A stretch of 64,000 nt of DNA from Alphaproteobacteria bacterium (GTDB lineage: Bacteria; Pseudomonadota; Alphaproteobacteria; Bin95), in contig CBDBGH010000003.1 in NCBI GenBank assembly GCA_965205265.1, positions 288,001 through 352,000 on the forward strand, written 5' to 3'. Below the pieces are notes generated by a model. It made no database searches. It was not told the origin of the DNA and worked only from the letters and a program-made list of their open reading frames with translations. How positions within the stretch are numbered: the first letter of the stretch is position 1; every line of letters starts with the position of its first letter. The position numbers were made by a program, and so were the translations under genes. Shown in pieces: positions 16,907 through 25,792 of the stretch.

Positions 16907-17619
16907 GCGAACCCGTCTTCCCGCCGCTGTTCCGGGGCCAGGCCGTCGCGGGCCGCACGGACCCCTTCGCCAAGGCCTGCGCGCTCGCCGCGCTCGGCTG
17001 CGACGGGGGGACGATCGTCTACAATATCGGCGCGGACCGGCTGGCGGCGGCCATCGTGTTCGCGCCGGAAGTGGTGCTGGAGGACGCGATGGCGATGCTG
17101 CCGGCCTGCGGGGTCGGGTTCCAGAATGCGCTCGGCGCGCTTGCGCCGCCGGAAGTCGCCGTGCATCTCACCTGGGAGGGCGGCATCCTGGTGAACGGGG
17201 CCGCCTGCGGGCGGCTCCGCGCCGCAGCGTCCGACTGCGCGCCGGAAGACGTGCCGGACTGGCTGACGGTCGGGCTCGAAGTGCCGCTCATCGCCGAGGA
17301 CGCGGATGCGCCCGGCGCCGCGCCGGACCGGACCTCGCTCTATGAGGAAGGCTGCGTGGAGGTTGCGCCCGACGCGCTGCTGGAAAGCTGGTCGCGCCAC
17401 ACGCTGGTCTGGATCAACCGTTGGTCCGACGACGGCGCGGGGCCGCTGCACGCGGAATGGCGCGGCCTAGCCCACGGCATCGGCGGGGAAGTGGCGGTCG
17501 GCGGGCGGACGGGCCTCTTCGTCGGCATAGACGAGCGCTTCGGCATGCTGCTGCGCGAGGGCGAGGCGACGAGCCTGCTGCCGCTCTCCGGCCTGCTGGA
17601 GCGGGGAGGAGAGACGTGA
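16903..17619 (+). CDS. Biotin/lipoate-protein ligase-like protein (DUF4444-type C-terminus)
   Basis: PVFPPLF, PPEVAVHLTWEGGILVNGAACG, TSLYEEGC; family usually found near formate dehydrogenase loci. Confidence 0.75.
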   Translation: MSEPVFPPLFRGQAVAGRTDPFAKACALAALGCDGGTIVYNIGADRLAAAIVFAPEVVLEDAMAMLPACGVGFQNALGALAPPEVAVHLTWEGGILVNGAACGRLRAAASDCAPEDVPDWLTVGLEVPLIAEDADAPGAAPDRTSLYEEGCVEVAPDALLESWSRHTLVWINRWSDDGAGPLHAEWRGLAHGIGGEVAVGGRTGLFVGIDERFGMLLREGEATSLLPLSGLLERGGET

Positions 17620-18095
17620 ATCTGGCGCGCGCCATCCATTTCGACGAAAGCGACCTGCGCATCTTCCACAGCCCGGCGCGCACGGGCGAGTGGTGCGTTC
17701 CGGGCGGCTTCGAGTTCTCCAACTGGTCCGAGGCGGACCTTGTCGGCAAGGCGCGGCAGGCCTTCGCCAACGGGTGGCTCGGCGTCGAGACCTTCGGGCG
17801 CGTCACCTTCGTTGCCGTCACCGCGGTCCGCGAGGAGGAAATGGAAGCGCTGGCGGCGCGGCTCGCGGAGCATTTCGTCCAGGTTTACGGCGCGCCCTCG
17901 GTCGAGGCGGCGCTGCCCGTCGCGCAGGAGGAGCTGGAGCACATGGCCGAACTCTGCGAGGACCACGACCCCAACACCCTGCTCACCGTCGCGCGCGAAC
18001 TCACCGAAGCCGGCGTCCGCGAAAGCTTCCGCTCCATCAAACCGCAGGATGCCGGCCTCGAACAATTCGCCATCCACGGCGACCTGGAGGGGTGA
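17616..18095 (+). CDS. DUF6505 family protein
   Basis: GTG start overlapping the upstream stop; LARAIHFDESD and GKARQAFANGWLG signature. Confidence 0.75.
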   Translation: MNLARAIHFDESDLRIFHSPARTGEWCVPGGFEFSNWSEADLVGKARQAFANGWLGVETFGRVTFVAVTAVREEEMEALAARLAEHFVQVYGAPSVEAALPVAQEELEHMAELCEDHDPNTLLTVARELTEAGVRESFRSIKPQDAGLEQFAIHGDLEG

Positions 18096-18113
18096 GGGCG
18101 CCGGGGCGGCCCG

Positions 18114-18590
18114 TTATCCGTCGCTCTTCCCCAGCCACCGCGCCAGCGCCTTGTCCGGGTCGGTGATTTCCTCGACCGATGTGTACCAATGGTCCTCCCA
18201 GCCCTCGCCGGGGAGGCCGGCGAAGACCATGAGGTTGAGGGGGTATTGCTCGCTGTCGGTGCAGCGGCGGAAGTCGTCGCGGAAGAGGAAGACGGGCTTT
18301 TCCCACGCGAAGGCCAGGCCGAGCTCGACCATCACGCCCTCGTCCGGCGGGCAGCCGTTCACGACCGCAAAGAGTCCGTCCGCGTCCCTCACGTCGCGCA
18401 TGTCCGCCTGGGCGATGCGCCAGGCCCAGCCGGCTTCGGCGCGGTCGATCTGGTTGTTGCGCCGGAAAGGCTCCCACACCTCCGCCCCGGCCGCCTCCAG
18501 CGCCGCTTCCAGGGCGCGGAGCGGCCCCTCTTTCTGCTGCGCCGAGAAGCCGTAGGAGTTCGCCAGGTAAAGCGTCTTGCGCCGGCTCAT
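18114..18590 (-). CDS. Nucleoside 2-deoxyribosyltransferase family protein
   Basis: YLANSYGFS, WEPF, PDEGVMVELG and NLMV motifs. Confidence 0.85.
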   Translation of the reverse strand: MSRRKTLYLANSYGFSAQQKEGPLRALEAALEAAGAEVWEPFRRNNQIDRAEAGWAWRIAQADMRDVRDADGLFAVVNGCPPDEGVMVELGLAFAWEKPVFLFRDDFRRCTDSEQYPLNLMVFAGLPGEGWEDHWYTSVEEITDPDKALARWLGKSDG

Positions 18591-18625
18591 CTCCGCTTCC
18601 TTTCCCCGGGTCCCCGCCGGGCGCT

Positions 18626-19609
18626 TCAACCGTCGTTCAGATGGCAGGCCGAGAGCCGTCCGGGCGCGATTTCCTTCAGCGTCGGCGCTTCCTCGCGGCA
18701 GCGGGGCATGGCATGGGGGCAGCGCGGATGGAAATGGCAGCCCGTCGGCGGGTCGAGCGGCGAGGGAATCTCGCCCTTGACCGGCTCGTAGATGCGTCGG
18801 CGGGCGTCCAGCTTCGGCGCACCCGCCAGCAATGCCTGCGTATAGGGATGGTTCGGCCCGTCGAACAGCGGCCCGGTCGGGGCCGACTCGACCACGCGGC
18901 CGAGATACATGATGACCACCCGGTCGGAGATATGCTCGACGACGCTCAGATCGTGGCTGATGAACAGATAGGTGAGGTCGAGGTCGCGGCGCAGGTCCAT
19001 GAACAGGTTGAGCACCTGCGCCTGGATCGAGACATCGAGCGCCGCCACGGCTTCGTCGCAGACCAGGAATTCCGGGTTGACCGCGAGCGCGCGCGCAATG
19101 CCGATGCGCTGGCGCTGGCCGCCGGAGAACTGGTGCGGGTAACGGCGCTTGAAGGCCGGGTCGAGCCCGACGCGGCGCATGGTGGCGTCGATATAGTCGC
19201 TGCGCTCGCCCTTGGAGACGATGCCGTGGAGCAGCGGTGCTTCGCCCACAATGTCCTCGACACGCATGCGCGGGTTCAGCGAGGCGAACGGGTCCTGGAA
19301 TATCATCTGCACCTGGAGCGCGGCTTCGCGCGCTTCGCGGCCCTGCAGCGTCTTCAGGTCCCGGCCCCGGTAGAACACCGCGCCCTCGGTCGGCTCCATG
19401 ATGCCGGCGACGATGCGCCCGAAGGTGGACTTGCCGCAGCCCGATTCGCCAACGAGGCCGACCACCTCGCCGCGCTCGACCGCGATCGTCACGCCGTCGA
19501 GCGCATGCACGACCTCTTCGTGCACGTCGGCGCCGAGCCGGCCGGCGAGCCGGGCCGCCAGGTCGGGCGCCTTCACGAAGCGCTTGCTGACTGCTCGCGC
19601 TTCGATCAC
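18626..19609 (-). CDS. Oligo/dipeptide ABC transporter ATP-binding protein (DppF-like)
   Basis: GESGCGKST, FSGGQRQR, GCHFHPRCP C-terminal domain. Confidence 0.92.
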   Translation of the reverse strand: MIEARAVSKRFVKAPDLAARLAGRLGADVHEEVVHALDGVTIAVERGEVVGLVGESGCGKSTFGRIVAGIMEPTEGAVFYRGRDLKTLQGREAREAALQVQMIFQDPFASLNPRMRVEDIVGEAPLLHGIVSKGERSDYIDATMRRVGLDPAFKRRYPHQFSGGQRQRIGIARALAVNPEFLVCDEAVAALDVSIQAQVLNLFMDLRRDLDLTYLFISHDLSVVEHISDRVVIMYLGRVVESAPTGPLFDGPNHPYTQALLAGAPKLDARRRIYEPVKGEIPSPLDPPTGCHFHPRCPHAMPRCREEAPTLKEIAPGRLSACHLNDG

Positions 19610-20589
19610 GACACCGCCTCGAATTGCGGGTGGTGACAGCGCAGTTCGCGGCCGGGCAGCGGATGCGAGGTCTCGGGTTCGACGATGCAGGCGTTGTCCG
19701 CTACCGGGCAGCGCTCCCGGAAGGCGCAGCCGGGCGTCAGGTTCAGCAGCGAGGGCGTCATGCCCGGAATCTGGAACAACCTGCCGCCGCGCGTATTGCG
19801 GCTCGGCACGGAGCCGATCAGCCCGCGCGTATAAGGATGCACCGGCCGGTCGATGATGTCCCCGGTTTCGCCCTGCTCGACGATGCGCCCCGCATACATG
19901 ACCGAGATGCGGTCCGCGATGCCGGCCACGACGGCGAGGTCGTGCGTGATCCAGATCATCGCCGCGCCGGCTTCGCGGCAGAGCTTCTGCGCCTCGTAGA
20001 GAATCTGTCCCTGGATGGTGACGTCGAGCGCCGTGGTCGGCTCGTCCGCGATGATGAGGTCCGGCCGGTTTAGCAGCGCGATGGCGATGGCGACGCGCTG
20101 GCGCATGCCGCCGGAGAACTGGTGCGGATAGGCCCGGAGACGCTCGTCCGGCGAGGGAATGCCGACCTGGCCGAGCGCGTCGCGCGCCATGCCGCGGGCC
20201 TCCTCCTTCGATACCCGATTATGCGCGAGCACTGCCTCGACCATCTGCGTCTCGATGCGCAGCACAGGGTTGAGCGTCATCATCGGGTCCTGGAAGATCA
20301 TCGCGATGCGGTTGCCGCGCAGATCGCGCATCCGCTCGTCGTCCAGCCCGACGAGGTCCTCGCCATTATGGAGGATGCGGCCTTCCACCACCCGGCCCGG
20401 CGGGTCCACGAGGCCGATGATGGAGAAACCGGTGACCGACTTGCCGGAACCCGACTCGCCGACAAGGCCCATGATCTCGCCGCGCCCGACCTCGAAGCTC
20501 ACCCCGTCCACGGCCTTGACGATGCCCGCCTTGGTGAAGAAATGCGTCTTCAGGCCTTCCACGGCCAGCGTGGCGTTCGCCGCGGCCAT
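19606..20589 (-). CDS. Oligo/dipeptide ABC transporter ATP-binding protein (DppD-like)
   Basis: [24 protein letters not shown]. Confidence 0.92.
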   Translation of the reverse strand: MAAANATLAVEGLKTHFFTKAGIVKAVDGVSFEVGRGEIMGLVGESGSGKSVTGFSIIGLVDPPGRVVEGRILHNGEDLVGLDDERMRDLRGNRIAMIFQDPMMTLNPVLRIETQMVEAVLAHNRVSKEEARGMARDALGQVGIPSPDERLRAYPHQFSGGMRQRVAIAIALLNRPDLIIADEPTTALDVTIQGQILYEAQKLCREAGAAMIWITHDLAVVAGIADRISVMYAGRIVEQGETGDIIDRPVHPYTRGLIGSVPSRNTRGGRLFQIPGMTPSLLNLTPGCAFRERCPVADNACIVEPETSHPLPGRELRCHHPQFEAVS

Positions 20590-20593
20590 GGGG

Positions 20594-21505
20594 CTATTTC
20601 TGCAATCGCGGGTTCAGCACGTCGCGCAGCTGGTCGCCCACCAGGTTGATCGAGACGATGGTGACGAGCAGCGCCACGCCGGGATAGACGCTGATCCAGT
20701 ATTTCATGCTCAGCATGTATTCGAAGCCGTTGGCGATCAGCAAGCCGAGCGACGGCTCCGTGATCGGCAGGCCGATGCCGAGGAAGCTCAGCGTCGCCTC
20801 CAGCGCAATGGCGTGCGCGGTCTGGACCGTCACCACCACGATCAACGGGGGCATGCAGTTGGGCAGCAAGTGGCGGAACAGGATCCGCCGGTGGCTGAGC
20901 GCGAGGCAGGACGCGGCGTCGATATATTCCTTCGAACGCTCGACCAGGGCGCTCGCGCGCACCGTGCGCGCGTAATAGGCCCACTGCACGGTCACGAGCG
21001 CGATCAGGATCTTGTCCACGCCCTTGCCCAAAACCGCCAGCAGCACCAGCGCCACCAGGATGGAGGGGAAGCTCAGCTGGATATCGACAATGCGCATGAT
21101 GAGCGTATCGACGCGCCCGCCGAAATAGGCGGCCGTCAGGCCGACGGCGCAGCCGATGGCCATGGCAATGACGCCGCTCATCACGCCGACGCCGAGGCTG
21201 ATGCGCAGTCCGTAGCAGATTGCGCTCACCAGGTCGCGCCCGGCGCCGTCCGTGCCGAGCCAGAAAACGCGTCCGTCGAAGGCCTCGGTGCCGGGCGGCA
21301 TATGGGAGTCCAGCACGCTCACCTGGGCGAGGTCGTAGGGGTCGGTCGGCGCAATCCAGGGCGCGAAGAGCGCGATGAAGGCGATGACCGCGAACACCGC
21401 GAGCGCCGCCGTCGCGATGCGGCTCTCGAAAAAGTCCGAGGCGAAGCGCCGGAACGGCGTTTCGACGGCGACGGCCTGCGCCTGCCTGTCGGTCCGGACG
21501 GTCAT
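20594..21505 (-). CDS. Oligo/dipeptide ABC transporter permease (DppC-like)
   Basis: WLGTDGAGRD and EATLSFLGIG motifs; ATG 21505 overlaps the upstream stop. Confidence 0.9.
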   Translation of the reverse strand: MTVRTDRQAQAVAVETPFRRFASDFFESRIATAALAVFAVIAFIALFAPWIAPTDPYDLAQVSVLDSHMPPGTEAFDGRVFWLGTDGAGRDLVSAICYGLRISLGVGVMSGVIAMAIGCAVGLTAAYFGGRVDTLIMRIVDIQLSFPSILVALVLLAVLGKGVDKILIALVTVQWAYYARTVRASALVERSKEYIDAASCLALSHRRILFRHLLPNCMPPLIVVVTVQTAHAIALEATLSFLGIGLPITEPSLGLLIANGFEYMLSMKYWISVYPGVALLVTIVSINLVGDQLRDVLNPRLQK

Positions 21506-22479
21506 GCCCGGGCGTCCTGGAGGCGGACCCGCGGGTCCAGGATGGAATAAACGATGTCGACCAGCAGGTTGATGATGACGAACATCAGCACCACGATCAT
21601 GAGGTAGGCAACCACCACCGGCCGGTCGAGCTCGTGCAGGGAATCGATGATGAGCTTGCCCATGCCGGGCCACGCAAACACCGTCTCGGTGACCACGGAG
21701 AAGGCCACCAGCCCGCCGAATTCGAGGCCGAGCACGGTCACCACCGGGATCATGATGTTCTTGAGCAGGTGGACCAGCACCACCCGGCTTTCGCTCAGCC
21801 CCTTGGCGCGCGCAAACTTGATGTAGTCCTGGTGGATGACCTCGCGGGTGCCCGCGCGCGCAAGCCGGATAACGAGAGAGAGCTTGAAGAGCGACAGGTT
21901 GATCGCCGGCAGCAACAGGTGCTGCAGGCCGTCCCAGGTGAGGAAGCTGACCTGCATGCCGAGGAAGGGCACCGTGTCGCCGCGCCCCGTCGAGGGCAGC
22001 CAGCCCAGCATCACCGCGAACAGCATGATCATCATGATGCCGACCCAGAAGCTGGGCAGGCTGAAGCCCAGGATGGACCCCGCCATGATTGCCTTGGACG
22101 ACTTTGCCTCGGGCCGGAGCCCCGCAATGACGCCGAGCGGAATGCCGAGCACGATGGCGATCAGGAGCGCCGCGATCGCGAGTTCGAAGGTCGCCGGCAT
22201 GCGCTGCACGATCAGCTGCAGCGCCGGTTCGCCGAAGATGAAAGACTTGCCGAGATCGCCCTGGAGCGCATTGGCGACGAAATAGCCGTATTGCTCATGC
22301 ACCGGCCGGTCGAGGCCGAGGTCGCGCATCACACGCTCGATCTCGGCCTGGTCGGCCTCCGGGTTGATGAGCATGTCCACCGGGTCGCCGACGATGTTGA
22401 CGCCGACGAACACCAGCAGAGACATCACCGCGACGACGACCGAACTCTGCATCAGCCGCCGGATAATGAAGACGGTCAT
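21502..22479 (-). CDS. Oligo/dipeptide ABC transporter permease (DppB-like)
   Basis: GDLGKS, ARAKGL, TETVFAWPGMG, LDPRVR. Confidence 0.92.
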   Translation of the reverse strand: MTVFIIRRLMQSSVVVAVMSLLVFVGVNIVGDPVDMLINPEADQAEIERVMRDLGLDRPVHEQYGYFVANALQGDLGKSFIFGEPALQLIVQRMPATFELAIAALLIAIVLGIPLGVIAGLRPEAKSSKAIMAGSILGFSLPSFWVGIMMIMLFAVMLGWLPSTGRGDTVPFLGMQVSFLTWDGLQHLLLPAINLSLFKLSLVIRLARAGTREVIHQDYIKFARAKGLSESRVVLVHLLKNIMIPVVTVLGLEFGGLVAFSVVTETVFAWPGMGKLIIDSLHELDRPVVVAYLMIVVLMFVIINLLVDIVYSILDPRVRLQDARA

Positions 22480-22542
22480 GGAGCCTCGGCGCTTCCGCAG
22501 GGCGCGCGGACGGCGGCAGCGCCGCCGCCCGCACTTCTGCCG

Positions 22543-24132
22543 CTACTTGTCGGAGGTCACGCCCATCGCGATGGTGCGCTCGTCTGCCCGCGCGGTGTAG
22601 GACAGCCCCTTCTTCCCCGCCCAGGTGTTGACCTGGTAGTGGGTCGGGATGATGCCCTGGTTGCGCCCGATGGCGAGCTCCGTGGCCTCTTGCAGCAGCT
22701 TGAGGCGCGCATCGTCGTCCACCGTCGCGAGCGCATCCTCGATCAGCTTGTCCACCTCGGCGTCGGAATGCCGTCCCCGGTTGGAGGCGCCGAAGCCCCG
22801 GTCCTTGTCATAGGTGTGGAGCAGCGAACGCAGCGGCGACGACGACTCGCCGGTGCCCGAGCCCCAGCCGACGAGGATGAAACTGAACTCCGGCGACTTG
22901 TCCGGTCCGCCGCGGCTCGCGCGCCGGAAATAGACCGCCTTGGGCATGGTCTCGACCGCCGTCCTGATGCCGACGCGGGTCAGCATCTGGGCGACCGCCT
23001 CGCAAATCTTGGCGTCGTTGATGTAGCGGTCGTTGGGCCCGTGGATGGTGAGCTCGAACCCGTCCGGATAGCCGGCCTCGGCCAACAGCGCCTTGGCGCC
23101 TTCGGGATCGTAGGGCTCGGGCGAGAGGTTGGGCGTCACGCCGAAAAAGCCTTCCGGCAGCAATTGCCCTGCCTTGATGGCGACGCCTTCCATCACCCGG
23201 TCCACGATGGCATCGCGGTCGATGGCCTTGGAGATCGCCTTGCGCACGCGCACGTCCAGCAGCGGATTCTTGATGTCGCCGCCTCCGTTCGCCTTCACGA
23301 AAGGCGAATCTTCGCGGTACTGGTCCATGTGCAGGTAGATCACCCGGCTGGAAACGCCCTGGCTCAGCTGCACATTCTCGTCGCCTTTCAGGCGCGGAAT
23401 GTCGATGGGCGGCACATTGTCGATGAAGTCCACATCGCCCGCGAGCAGCGCGGCGACCCGGGCCGGGCCCGACTTGATCGGCTTGAAGACGATCTTGTCC
23501 CATTCGGGCTTCGCGTCGAAATAATCCTCGTTGCGCTCGATCACGAGCCGGTCGCCGGGCACCCATTCGACGAAGCGGTAGGGGCCGGTGCCCATGGCGG
23601 CCTTGCCGGAGTTGAAGTCCGCTGTGGTGACATCGGCGCCCACATCGGACGAGATGATTGGCGTCGCCGCCATATCCACCGGCATCAGCGGGTAGGGCCG
23701 CTCGGTGCTGATATGGATCGTATAGTCGTCCACCTTGGTGAAGGTCTTGCCCTTGAGATAGGTTGCGAAGCTTGAAGGCGAGTTGGGCACGTTGGGGGCG
23801 CGCTCGAAGGTGAACATCACGTCATCGGCGTTGAAGTCCGAGCCGTCGTGGAATTTCACGCCCTCGCGCAGCTTGAACTCCCAGGTGGTGTCGTTGATCG
23901 GCTTCCAGGACACGGCGAGGCCCGGCAGCAGCCGCAGCTTGTCGTCCTGCTCCACCAGGCGGCTGAAATAGTGCGCCGCCATCGAATTGTTCGGGCCGAG
24001 ATTGTGGTAGTGCGGGTCGATGGAGGACGGCTCGGCCTTCAGGCCGACGGTGAGCGTGCCGCCCTGTCCCCAGGCGGGCGCGGCCGCGAATGCGGCGAGC
24101 GCGCAGCCGATCAGGAGTTTCCGGAACTGCAT
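22543..24132 (-). CDS. ABC transporter substrate-binding protein, family 5 (peptide/nickel)
   Basis: Signal peptide, EPSSIDPH, LREGVKFHDGS, GTGPYRF, GPNDRYIND. Confidence 0.92.
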   Translation of the reverse strand: MQFRKLLIGCALAAFAAAPAWGQGGTLTVGLKAEPSSIDPHYHNLGPNNSMAAHYFSRLVEQDDKLRLLPGLAVSWKPINDTTWEFKLREGVKFHDGSDFNADDVMFTFERAPNVPNSPSSFATYLKGKTFTKVDDYTIHISTERPYPLMPVDMAATPIISSDVGADVTTADFNSGKAAMGTGPYRFVEWVPGDRLVIERNEDYFDAKPEWDKIVFKPIKSGPARVAALLAGDVDFIDNVPPIDIPRLKGDENVQLSQGVSSRVIYLHMDQYREDSPFVKANGGGDIKNPLLDVRVRKAISKAIDRDAIVDRVMEGVAIKAGQLLPEGFFGVTPNLSPEPYDPEGAKALLAEAGYPDGFELTIHGPNDRYINDAKICEAVAQMLTRVGIRTAVETMPKAVYFRRASRGGPDKSPEFSFILVGWGSGTGESSSPLRSLLHTYDKDRGFGASNRGRHSDAEVDKLIEDALATVDDDARLKLLQEATELAIGRNQGIIPTHYQVNTWAGKKGLSYTARADERTIAMGVTSDK

Positions 24133-24250
24133 GAGTGGTGCATCCTTCTGCTGCATCGGGTTGCCGGGTGGGCGAGGGCCGCCAGACCCGGCAAGGGTGG
24201 CACGATAGGGCGTCGGAGGCCCTGCCGCAATCGCCGCCGGCGCCCCTTCT

Positions 24251-25792
24251 TCACCAGTCGGGTGGCGTCCACTCGGCGTCCTCGTCCAGCGGATAGACGG
24301 GGCGCGGCAGGCGTTGCCAGCGGAAGCGGTCCAGCACCGGCGAGGTCAGCCCGGCCGTATCGACCTCGAAGACCTGCGAGGGCTTGAACCAGGGCATGAA
24401 GCCCGCGCGGAAATGGCCGCGCGACTTGACGCAGACAACCCGCGCCTCGGCGATATCCAGACCGAAGCTCTCGAAGAACATCGGGTCCGCGGTCTGGTGG
24501 CGCGCGCCGATGACGACGACGGTAATACCGTCCGGCCCGCCGATCTGCAGCGCGGCCGAAGGCCCGAGCTCCACCAGCCGGCCGCGCTGGATGCCGAGCC
24601 GGCCGACGAAGCGCCCATCCGTCAGCTTCAGCACCCGCGCGGGCGCCCGGAAGCCCTTGGAGAACTCCGTGTCGCCCTCGCGGTTGAACACGGCCTCGAA
24701 CGCCGCGCCCTCGCCGCGCTCATGCGCTTCCAGCGCCAGCGCGGGGTCGAAGAAGGAGCCGTAATAGACGCGCTTCGCACCCGCCTCGACAAGCGCCTTC
24801 AGCAGCCATGTCGTGCGCCCCTCGCCGCCGCCGCCCGGATTGTCGCCGGAATCCGAAAAAATGATGGCCGGCCGGGCAGGATCGCCTGCGGTTTCGAGCG
24901 CGAGCGCCGCCGCCGCCTCGACGGACATGAGCTCGCGCCGGAAGCGCGCGCGCATCGACCAGCCGTATTCCGCGATCTCGCGCGCGAGCGCGCGCGCCAG
25001 CGCCTCGTCCTCGCGCGCCGTCACCACGATGGCGATGCCGTTCTTGGGCGTATCCGAGAAGACGAAGCCGCCGAGAATCGTGACATTGACGATTTCGCCG
25101 CCCGACTCGCGCATCCGCCGCTGGCCATATTGGATCATGTCCGCATAGGGCCCCTCGGCGGTCAGCAGGGTCACGCTCGGCGGCGTCAGCGGCAGGCGGA
25201 TGAAGGCCGATTTCGGCCGCATGCCGGCAAGCATCATGCGCATGGCGAAGGCTGCTTCCTCGCCGCGCTGGCGCATATCGACATGCGGGTTGGTGGTGTA
25301 GCCGATCAGGATGTCGGCGGCCTCGACCAGGCGTTCGGAGAGGTTGGCGTGCAGGTCGTGCGTCACGATCACGGGCGTGTCCGGGCCCGCGAGCGCGCGC
25401 AGCCGGGCCACGATCTCGCCGTCGGGGTCGAGCGTCTCCGTCGTGGTCATGGCGCCGTGATTGGCGATGAAGACGCCGTCCACCGGGCCCGCCTCTGCCA
25501 GCATCGCCCCGATCCGTTCAAGGCAGCCGGCGATGAAGGGCCACTCCGCCGGTCCCCAGGGCGGGTTGTTGGCGAAGAGGAGCGGCACCGGCTCCCACGG
25601 GCCGGTCGCGTCCATCGCCTGCACGAAGGCTGCCATCTCGCGCGGCATGGCGGAGACCGGCGCGCGCGCGTCCGCCAGCAGCGCCTCGCCCTCGCGGTAA
25701 TAGTGCCGGCGGAAGTCGGCTTCCGTGGCCGGCGGGGCGAAGGCATTGCTTTCCAGCATGATGCCGAGCAGCGCGATGCGGGGCGGGCTCAT
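24251..25792 (-). CDS. M81 family metallopeptidase (MlrC-like)
   Basis: ESNAF, HGAM, DLHAN, PHVDM, DNPGGGG and VKSRGHFRAGF motifs. Confidence 0.9.
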   Translation of the reverse strand: MSPPRIALLGIMLESNAFAPPATEADFRRHYYREGEALLADARAPVSAMPREMAAFVQAMDATGPWEPVPLLFANNPPWGPAEWPFIAGCLERIGAMLAEAGPVDGVFIANHGAMTTTETLDPDGEIVARLRALAGPDTPVIVTHDLHANLSERLVEAADILIGYTTNPHVDMRQRGEEAAFAMRMMLAGMRPKSAFIRLPLTPPSVTLLTAEGPYADMIQYGQRRMRESGGEIVNVTILGGFVFSDTPKNGIAIVVTAREDEALARALAREIAEYGWSMRARFRRELMSVEAAAALALETAGDPARPAIIFSDSGDNPGGGGEGRTTWLLKALVEAGAKRVYYGSFFDPALALEAHERGEGAAFEAVFNREGDTEFSKGFRAPARVLKLTDGRFVGRLGIQRGRLVELGPSAALQIGGPDGITVVVIGARHQTADPMFFESFGLDIAEARVVCVKSRGHFRAGFMPWFKPSQVFEVDTAGLTSPVLDRFRWQRLPRPVYPLDEDAEWTPPDW

